Below, one piece after another: positions 57,404 through 64,000 of a stretch of DNA of 64,000 nucleotides. A model generated the notes under the pieces. It had not been told where the DNA came from. It did no database searches and was given only the letters and a program-made list of their open reading frames with translations. The stretch covers positions 8,731-72,730 of the IMG/VR virus record IMGVR_UViG_3300005613_000037, one strand, 5' to 3'. Source of the stretch: a virus. Made by a program: the position numbers and the translations under genes. How positions within the stretch are numbered: position 1 is the first letter of the stretch; the number at the start of each line of letters is the position of its first letter.

Positions 57404-60400
57404 TCAATTGTTTACTTTCTTGAAATCAATTCCAAGCTTATTGTAGTTCACTGAATATAGTCCGTTTTTGTCCAATTTCAGACAATCCTCGAATTGTGTA
57501 CCTATAAGTTCCTGTGCAATCACACCTTGATAGATTGTATTAGGATCGAAATTATATGTAAAGTGATAGATGTTAATTCCTCTTTCAACTCCAATTTTTC
57601 TGATTATTTTCTTTGTCCTCATATCAGATCTCACATTCGAGTCGATCTGATTTTCTCTGATGGACATCAAATAATTCTTCAATGTTCCCTTCGATCCCAC
57701 AACGGTTGATATGTCTGCTAGTATTGCGGTCATTGCGTCCAATTTTTCACTGAGTATTTCATTAGATCTGTCCTCTTGAGATTGATTACTTGCTACTGCA
57801 ACTGACTTGAAATTCCTTGATTTCTCTTCCATGTCATTTGTGAGTTGACTGAAAACACCAGACTTTGATTCGATCTTTTCCATCATACTTTCGAACTGAT
57901 TAGGATCCATCATGGATAAGAGAACAACAGAAGAAGAAAGTGAACGGATAGCATTTATCTTTTCCAAATTGATGGATTCTACTGAATTTGAGAATTTCCC
58001 TATTGACATGGATAATCTATCAAACTGGTCTGCCATTTCAACAAGACCGTTCTGAGACTTTGAGAAATCAACCTTTTCGATATTTTCAAGGTCTTGTCCT
58101 TCCAATAGTTTACTGGTTTTTACCAATCCCATGATGGCGTTCTGCACATTTGCCATATAGTTGGCACCAGGATAATTTATAAAGTTACCTTTTGTGAATT
58201 TCTTATCTATCTCTAAAATCTTATCAACAGCACCCACTATACCGAGACCAAATAGGTCAGCCCCCTTCTCCAGAATACCTTTTCCTATGGATCCTAAATT
58301 GGTGAAATCATCTATCATTTGCATGAATGACCGTATCGTAGAAGAGACACCTTTGTTCCAAGCAACTGATGGGAACTTGATAAATTCTCCTTGATTGAGA
58401 AGATTACTTATTGTTGATATGGTCTTAGCAAGTAATATCAATGTTCCTGAACCAAGTAATATTATAGGAAGACCGAAAACACCAAGAACCCCGAACATAC
58501 CTACATATTTTGCAAAACCAAATAATGTTTCACCAACACCATCTATCCAATCCTTTGATGGATATTTATCATAGGATCCTCTACTGAGTGTCTGTGATAT
58601 TAAAAATATCGAAGTTGCCATTGCCGTCATCACCATAGAACCTACAACTAAGAATGGGGCAAGTAATGAAGCACCTAAGACGAACTTCCCGAATTCGACC
58701 ATTGAATTTCCAACACCTGTTACCCATTCCATACTTGGATATTTATCGTAGTTTCCTGAATTCAAGATGTGAGATACTATCGATATGGTTCCTGCAAGAG
58801 TCATAATGGCAAGTATTCCTGCACCCATTGCAACTGCTGCCATTCCACCGGTTGCAGTCATCAGAACACCAAGAGCAAGTGTGCTTATTCCGAAAAGTAA
58901 TAAAGAAGCACCTACTGATCCAGCCCATTCAAGACTTGGGAAATTCGAGTAATCACCAAAGGATAGTATCTGAGAAGCTGTTGTGATGGCGGTTGATATC
59001 AGAACAACGGCAAGACCACCGATAAGATAATCCTTCAATGTTCCTATCTTACCTAATAGAACCATTGACGCTCCAAGTAAGGGTGTTATCACGGCAAGTG
59101 AGAGACCAATTGCAAGAATTGTCAATACCTGAGTTATTCCAAGAGGAACTACGGCACTCAATATCCACGAGGATGCGGTTATTGCAGCAGCAACAGATGT
59201 GAAGAAAAGTGGTATCATGAACAATTTCCCGATACCTATCAATTTGTCAATAACTACTATACCAACTGCAATCTCTTCAAAGAAATACGACAATCCTGCA
59301 AATATACCAGCGATCAATATTGAAGTAAGTGCCTGTGTGAACGAAATTGGCATTATCAGATTCATTATCCATGAAGAGGCCGTAATGGCAGTTGCTATCG
59401 ATGTCAAAGTAGTGAACAATGCAAATGGACTTACTTTGAATCTTTGAAAAGCAGTCACACCAGCCATCAGTTTCTCAATGTTCATTGATATCAGTGCAAA
59501 TGTTCCTGCTATCAGAATTGCTGTCAATCCTTGTGAAATACTTATCGGATTAATAAGGCCCATGACCCATGAAGAGGCTGTTATGGCAGTTGCAATTGCA
59601 ACCAATGAAAGAAACACTTTATTTGCATCCACCTTGAATTTATCATACATTGCGACACCTGCCATCAATTTCTCCATATTCATTGATATCACAGCAAATG
59701 TTCCTGCTATCAGAATTGCAGTAAGTCCCTGTGATATGGATATTGGAACTATCAGATTCATTATCCATGAAGCAGCTGTTATACCTGCACCAATGGCTGA
59801 AAACATTGAGAAAATTGCAAAAGCACTGATATTCGCCTTATCATAAAGTGCAGCACCCATCATCAATTTTTGCATACTCATCGAAATAACAGCAAACATA
59901 CCTGATATTAGAATTGCAGTGATCATTTTCAAAGGTCCAACAGGAACTATTCCCTGTAATATGTAAGAAGAAGTTGTTATGGCAAGTGCCATCGTTGTTG
60001 TGATTCCGAAAATCGATAACATATTTGAAAAGGTAAGATCTTTCATTTTTGCAATCCTTTCGAATGCAATTGCTATCAAAGGAAGTGACATCGATAGAGC
60101 AAGAACTGAAAAGAAATCAACTTGTCCTATCAATTTGAAGGCCATTCCTATGGCAAGAACAGCGCCTGCGATCAATATTATCACACTGATACCATCTTTC
60201 AACATACTTTTCTTCTCACCGGATTCTTCGAACATCTTTGACTCACTGGTGGATTGTTGTTTCTGTAACTTGATGATTGTTTCTTGATTATCAAGTATCT
60301 TTTTATTATCTTCCTTTATTTGGTCTATACCTTGGGATATCTTTGTGAGTGTCTGTGAAAAATCACCCGATTGTAATGCATCGGATGTCGGTCTATTGAA

Positions 60401-60481
60401 TGTCTGATCTTCCAATGCTTGGGCTATCTGGTCAAGAGCGACAGACATATTGTTCAAAGCATCAAGTAATTGTTGGTCCAT
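57404..60481 (-). CDS. Tape-measure-like protein with 66-aa hydrophobic repeats and C-terminal S74-type chaperone
   Basis: 1025 aa, Ala/Ile/Gly/Ser-rich helices with repeated AITASSWI units; C-terminal SDMRTKKII...GVIAQEL...VNYNKL. Confidence 0.75.
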   Translation of the reverse strand: MDQQLLDALNNMSVALDQIAQALEDQTFNRPTSDALQSGDFSQTLTKISQGIDQIKEDNKKILDNQETIIKLQKQQSTSESKMFEESGEKKSMLKDGISVIILIAGAVLAIGMAFKLIGQVDFFSVLALSMSLPLIAIAFERIAKMKDLTFSNMLSIFGITTTMALAITTSSYILQGIVPVGPLKMITAILISGMFAVISMSMQKLMMGAALYDKANISAFAIFSMFSAIGAGITAASWIMNLIVPISISQGLTAILIAGTFAVISMNMEKLMAGVAMYDKFKVDANKVFLSLVAIATAITASSWVMGLINPISISQGLTAILIAGTFALISMNIEKLMAGVTAFQRFKVSPFALFTTLTSIATAITASSWIMNLIMPISFTQALTSILIAGIFAGLSYFFEEIAVGIVVIDKLIGIGKLFMIPLFFTSVAAAITASSWILSAVVPLGITQVLTILAIGLSLAVITPLLGASMVLLGKIGTLKDYLIGGLAVVLISTAITTASQILSFGDYSNFPSLEWAGSVGASLLLFGISTLALGVLMTATGGMAAVAMGAGILAIMTLAGTISIVSHILNSGNYDKYPSMEWVTGVGNSMVEFGKFVLGASLLAPFLVVGSMVMTAMATSIFLISQTLSRGSYDKYPSKDWIDGVGETLFGFAKYVGMFGVLGVFGLPIILLGSGTLILLAKTISTISNLLNQGEFIKFPSVAWNKGVSSTIRSFMQMIDDFTNLGSIGKGILEKGADLFGLGIVGAVDKILEIDKKFTKGNFINYPGANYMANVQNAIMGLVKTSKLLEGQDLENIEKVDFSKSQNGLVEMADQFDRLSMSIGKFSNSVESINLEKINAIRSLSSSVVLLSMMDPNQFESMMEKIESKSGVFSQLTNDMEEKSRNFKSVAVASNQSQEDRSNEILSEKLDAMTAILADISTVVGSKGTLKNYLMSIRENQIDSNVRSDMRTKKIIRKIGVERGINIYHFTYNFDPNTIYQGVIAQELIGTQFEDCLKLDKNGLYSVNYNKLGIDFKKVNN
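59140..60000 (-). repeat. Approximately 198-nt (66-aa) internal repeats in the tape-measure-like gene
   Basis: ttcattgatatca...gcaaatgttcctgctatcagaattgc at 59481 and 59679; the AITxSS(W/Y) unit recurs about 5 times. Boundaries approximate. Confidence 0.75.
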
Positions 60482-60542
60482 GTTTAACTTTTGTTTATAG
60501 GTTATATATAAATTATATTATTGCATCTTAATATATAACAAT

Positions 60543-61013
60543 ATGAAACAAAGTACGATCATGACATTCAAAAGGTTTTTAAATTATTTCAATATCAAAG
60601 AATCGTTCAAGGAAAAACGATTGAATTCGATATTGCAGAAGATCAACAAAGGTGAGGATATTACCAATGTCGAGAAAAGTTTTCTTGATCGATATGGGGA
60701 CATCGATGAGACAGAGATGAGAGATCATATGATGCTTAGTATGTCATCTACCTATAAGATAATAAGTGACATGCTTGAAAGGGAAAGAAAGGTGATATGC
60801 AATCTTACTGATAGAAATGGTGTGATAAATTCGCCTATCATATCAATAACAAATGATTATGAGAATGAATGTTGTATTCTGAAGCTCAGATCAGGTGAAA
60901 TGTGTAAGATGAAGGATAACTTTCTTTATAATATCATATACGATGTTGAATTGGATCAATTTTCATTGGAAGCACATGATGAATACTTTGAAAAAATACC
61001 AGTGAAAAAATGA
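60543..61013 (+). CDS. Hypothetical protein with CTS-like start and KRLNSILQKI...EKSFLD motif
   Basis: 156 aa; AATATATA 5 nt before the ATG. Confidence 0.75.
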   Translation: MKQSTIMTFKRFLNYFNIKESFKEKRLNSILQKINKGEDITNVEKSFLDRYGDIDETEMRDHMMLSMSSTYKIISDMLERERKVICNLTDRNGVINSPIISITNDYENECCILKLRSGEMCKMKDNFLYNIIYDVELDQFSLEAHDEYFEKIPVKK

Positions 61014-61297
61014 TATTCAATTTCAAGCAATTCAAAGAAGCGGTATCGGGAACAGAACTTGTTGGAAATCATATGGGTCCTGGATATCCACAACAGGTAA
61101 ATAAAGCAAACACATTGACATCAACAAGCACAGATGCATTGCTTTGTAATATCGATGATAAGATATACACATATGATGATTATCAATCGAAATATCACGA
61201 ATATCTAAAAATCGGAGGAACCCCTCTCACAGGATTCAATCAACAGAATTTAGATCACATCATACTCAAACTTACGGAAGATACAGAGGAATCTTAA
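61010..61297 (+). CDS. Small hypothetical protein (MIFNFKQFKEA)
   Basis: 95 aa; ATGA overlap. Confidence 0.7.
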   Translation: MIFNFKQFKEAVSGTELVGNHMGPGYPQQVNKANTLTSTSTDALLCNIDDKIYTYDDYQSKYHEYLKIGGTPLTGFNQQNLDHIILKLTEDTEES

Positions 61298-64000
61298 GAT
61301 CAACATTATTCAAAGTTATATTCAAGTAACCATATGTTGCTCCGATAGTGGATGCGGTTCCAATAGGAGAATAGGTTGATCCTAATACGAATTGAGATGA
61401 AGTTGATACTATTGCTTTATAGCCAAGTGCTATTGAATTGCTTACCGTTCCTGATCCTGGTTGAACATAATTTTCAGCACCAAGAAAAACATTGAAATCT
61501 CCGTTATTTCCAGATCCAGATAAGAACCCTAAATTCACATTGTAATTGCCCGAAACATTACATTCACCGCTAGCAAAACCAACAAAGGTGTTCTGAGACC
61601 CGATACTGTTCCAAAGACCTGCAGAGTAACCTAAGAATGTATTGTTGTTACCTGTGGTATTTACTATTCCCGAATCTCTGCCTAAAAATGTATTCTGAAC
61701 GCCGATCGAATTGTTAAGTCCAGATCCATCACCTATGAATGTATTCTTTGATCCAGTTGAATTGCACCGACCAGAATCCTTACCAACAAATGTATTCTGA
61801 GAACCGAATGTGTTAGTTGCTCCCGATAGATGACCGATAAAAACATTTTCTGTTCCACTTGTATTTTGGCATCCTGATCGAGAACCAATGAATGTGTTAC
61901 ATCCGGCAGTTGTATTCGATCGACCTGCCTGAGATCCGATGAATGTGTTTTCTCTTCCTGTTGTATTGCTGTATCCTGAATTATAACCGATGAAAGTGTT
62001 GCATGATCCTGTCGTATTGAAATATCCAGTTGTGGAACCAAGAAATGTATTAAAAGATCCGCTTGTATTTTGAATACCCGAATCTCTCCCCATAAAAGTG
62101 TTCTGTGATCCAGTTGTGTTCTGTTGACCAGATTGTGCCCCTATGAATGTATTATTTGAACCAGTTGTATTTGAACTTCCTGAACTCGACCCTATGAATG
62201 TATTCTGTCCTCCTACCGTGTTTAAATTTCCTGATGTTTGTCCAATGAATGTATTATTAATACCAGTTGAGTTTTGTGTTCCTGTGAATGTTCCAATGAA
62301 TGTATTTCCACCACCTGTAGTGTTTCCACTACCACTACTGAAACCAATAAAGACATTCTGAGACCCTGAGGTGTTCTGGCTTCCTGCGAAATTACCAACG
62401 AAAATATTCCTTGATCCGGTCGTATTAAAGGTTCCAGTATTTTGCCCAACGAATGTATTACAATTTCCGACCGTATTGCTTATTCCAGCAAAACTTCCAA
62501 TGAATGTGTTGCAAGATCCAGATGTATTACTACACCCAGCGCCAAATCCGATAAATGTGTTATCACATGCACTATTATTGCTCAAACCCGACTCATATCC
62601 AATGAATGTATTTCTAGAACCAACATCATTGGAAGATCCTGAGTAGGCACCGAGAAATGAATTTTGAGTTCCAATTGTGTTGTTCAAACCAGATTGAAAT
62701 CCAATAAATGTATTTACCGATCCTGTCGTATTTGCATATCCAGTGTCCTTTCCTATGAATGTATTATATGTTCCTGTGGTATTTGACACACCAGAGTTGT
62801 CACCTATGAAGACATTATCCTCTGATATATTTTGTTTACCAGCATCTCTACCTATCAATATCGAGGCAGTCATACTCGATGAACTTGCACCTGCTCCTTT
62901 CCCTATCAGAACATTTCCTGTTCCAGTAAATAGGTCAATCCCTGTTGATGAACCAATAAACACAGAATCGGTCACGGTAGTAGAGGCTGATCCTGACCCT
63001 ATACCAACATAAACATTGTCTGTCCCTGTATTGGATGGACTTGATCCAATAAAGATATTCCTATCTGTTTCATCTTTAGTAAAAGATGTTCCAGATGGTC
63101 CTGTTGCACCTGCTGGTCCTGTTGCTCCAGATGGTCCTGTTGCTCCAGATGGACCTGTTGGTCCTGATACATCATACAGTTCTATGTTTCCAGCATTTAT
63201 TATTGTTGATCCAGTTCCGGCACTGAATGTTCCATTGACAACCACAACTTTTGCAAATGTTCCTATATCCAAAGTTCCGAAAACTTCAAGGTCACCATAT
63301 ATGAAATATTGCTGATAATCATCTACTCTTACTGTTTGGCTTGCTGTTATAGAATATTTTGGATAAACAGGTGTCTGTGGTAATTGATATATCTCGACCT
63401 GTGATCCTGATGCGCCGATTCCTATTCCTGTTCCACCATACACATCAAGTGATATCTCTCTGATGCTGAGAGATGGTTGAGATATACTGATTCCTGTACC
63501 AGATTGTATCTCTGTGAGAAGATCAACCTGTTGTAGAACTCCTGATCCGAAATTGGCAAATGATCCCGATCCACTTATGGTTCCATTCAATATGACAACT
63601 TTACCATAGTTATTGATAGCGCCATCAACATCAAGATCACCATATGAAAGATACATCGATCCTGTTGCTATGCTTATTGTCTGACCAAGTGGTATCTCAT
63701 ATTTCGGATAAACTGGATCACCTACGAACTCTTGTAATGTCCATACACCAGAATAATAAGTATAAATAGGACCTGTCTCGTCATCTACTCTAACTGACAT
63801 TCCTTCTGTTGGTGTAGTGAATACCCATGATCCTTGCCATTCGGCAATATTATTATCCCTTCCTGTCCAAGCCCCGACACCATTTATGATAAGATATCTG
63901 TCGCCATTTGAAGGCACCAATGTGGATGGATCGACCGATGTTCTTGTGATCACAGAATCTTGCCATTCACTCACGAAACTTGCACTTGGTCCGATAGCAA
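61272..64000 (-). CDS. Tail fibre / adhesin-like protein, 5'-truncated by the window edge
   Basis: Frame stays open past GTG 63974 to the window end. DUF2793-like GDRYLII...AWTGRDNNIAEW...WVF; duplicated YPKY...YGDLxVxG module; collagen GPx triplets; about 32 17-aa repeats; terminal LKIPLY. Confidence 0.85.
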   Translation of the reverse strand, partial: AIGPSASFVSEWQDSVITRTSVDPSTLVPSNGDRYLIINGVGAWTGRDNNIAEWQGSWVFTTPTEGMSVRVDDETGPIYTYYSGVWTLQEFVGDPVYPKYEIPLGQTISIATGSMYLSYGDLDVDGAINNYGKVVILNGTISGSGSFANFGSGVLQQVDLLTEIQSGTGISISQPSLSIREISLDVYGGTGIGIGASGSQVEIYQLPQTPVYPKYSITASQTVRVDDYQQYFIYGDLEVFGTLDIGTFAKVVVVNGTFSAGTGSTIINAGNIELYDVSGPTGPSGATGPSGATGPAGATGPSGTSFTKDETDRNIFIGSSPSNTGTDNVYVGIGSGSASTTVTDSVFIGSSTGIDLFTGTGNVLIGKGAGASSSSMTASILIGRDAGKQNISEDNVFIGDNSGVSNTTGTYNTFIGKDTGYANTTGSVNTFIGFQSGLNNTIGTQNSFLGAYSGSSNDVGSRNTFIGYESGLSNNSACDNTFIGFGAGCSNTSGSCNTFIGSFAGISNTVGNCNTFVGQNTGTFNTTGSRNIFVGNFAGSQNTSGSQNVFIGFSSGSGNTTGGGNTFIGTFTGTQNSTGINNTFIGQTSGNLNTVGGQNTFIGSSSGSSNTTGSNNTFIGAQSGQQNTTGSQNTFMGRDSGIQNTSGSFNTFLGSTTGYFNTTGSCNTFIGYNSGYSNTTGRENTFIGSQAGRSNTTAGCNTFIGSRSGCQNTSGTENVFIGHLSGATNTFGSQNTFVGKDSGRCNSTGSKNTFIGDGSGLNNSIGVQNTFLGRDSGIVNTTGNNNTFLGYSAGLWNSIGSQNTFVGFASGECNVSGNYNVNLGFLSGSGNNGDFNVFLGAENYVQPGSGTVSNSIALGYKAIVSTSSQFVLGSTYSPIGTASTIGATYGYLNITLNNVDLKIPLYLP
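61430..63063 (-). repeat. About 32 tandem 17-aa (51-nt) repeats xNTFIGxxSGxxNTTGS (beta-helix)
   Basis: Counted by eye in the translation; boundaries approximate. Confidence 0.9.
63091..63165 (-). repeat. Short collagen-like Gly-X-Y stretch
   Basis: GPTGPSGATGPSGATGPAGATGPSG; 18-nt tandem gttgctccagatgg(t/a)cct. Confidence 0.9.

Noticed and set aside
61430-63063. Diversity-generating retroelement target in the fibre repeats
   Set aside because: No reverse transcriptase and no template/variable repeat pair with adenine-specific differences; variation is ordinary repeat divergence.
1-64000. Many 60-190 aa ORFs on the opposite strand or frame of longer genes (e.g. 117..365, 9808..10113, 23794..24312, 34343..34924, 49463..49969, 59478..59846, 62143..63315)
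   Set aside because: They lie within well-supported genes, have shadow-like composition (S/F/I-rich) and lack promoter or motif support.
1-64000. Stop-codon reassignment, as in some large phages
   Set aside because: Conserved enzymes translate full-length in code 11, and TGA ends genes at sensible overlapping junctions; no fragmentation was seen.
1-64000. CRISPR array, tRNA or rRNA genes
   Set aside because: Intergenic gaps are about 120 nt or less, with no repeat-spacer pattern or cloverleaf; the repeats found are intragenic and in-frame.
1-64000. Eukaryotic giant virus origin (TATA-like boxes, DUF5824-like and NTase genes)
   Set aside because: The gp5, gp6, gp53, tape measure, UvsW and gp61-like genes, coupled overlapping ORFs, intrinsic terminators and Bacteroidota promoters indicate a tailed bacteriophage.

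Overview
AT-rich, densely coding 64 kb segment of a large T4-like myovirus (tailed phage) that probably infects a Bacteroidota host. Standard genetic code; no tRNA, rRNA or CRISPR array seen. Tail and baseplate genes: gp6-like wedge, hub protein with tail-lysozyme domain, gp53/LysM-like, gp5-like spike with CHAP domain, tube-initiator-like proteins, tape-measure-like protein and a 5'-truncated beta-helix fibre. Replication and recombination genes: UvsW helicase, gp61-like primase, probable sliding clamp, UvsY-like mediator and two HNH nucleases. Host-takeover and metabolic genes: NAMPT plus NMNAT-Nudix, PPK2, guanylate kinase, ClpP, ClpS, J-domain, DnaJ Zn finger, patatin, DHH, two metallophosphoesterases, nucleotidyltransferase, amidoligase, two HADs, WYL, Hc1-like histone and a DNA methyltransferase. 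Four window-wide patterns stand out. (1) About 20 unrelated ORFs, several of them enzymes, start with a peptide resembling the T4 capsid-targeting sequence and a Glu cleavage site, suggesting a large packaged and injected cargo. (2) AATATATA precedes about 25 genes, often only 4-7 nt before the start codon, suggesting a late promoter with leaderless mRNAs; two accessory operons instead carry canonical Bacteroidota TTTG-N19/20-TAnnTTTG promoters. (3) A 76%-identical S74-type autocleaving chaperone module is appended to the tape-measure-like protein and to a baseplate-region protein rather than to the fibre. (4) The NAD+ salvage pair has a Nudix domain that appears catalytically disabled. All family calls come from motif recognition by eye; no database search was run.
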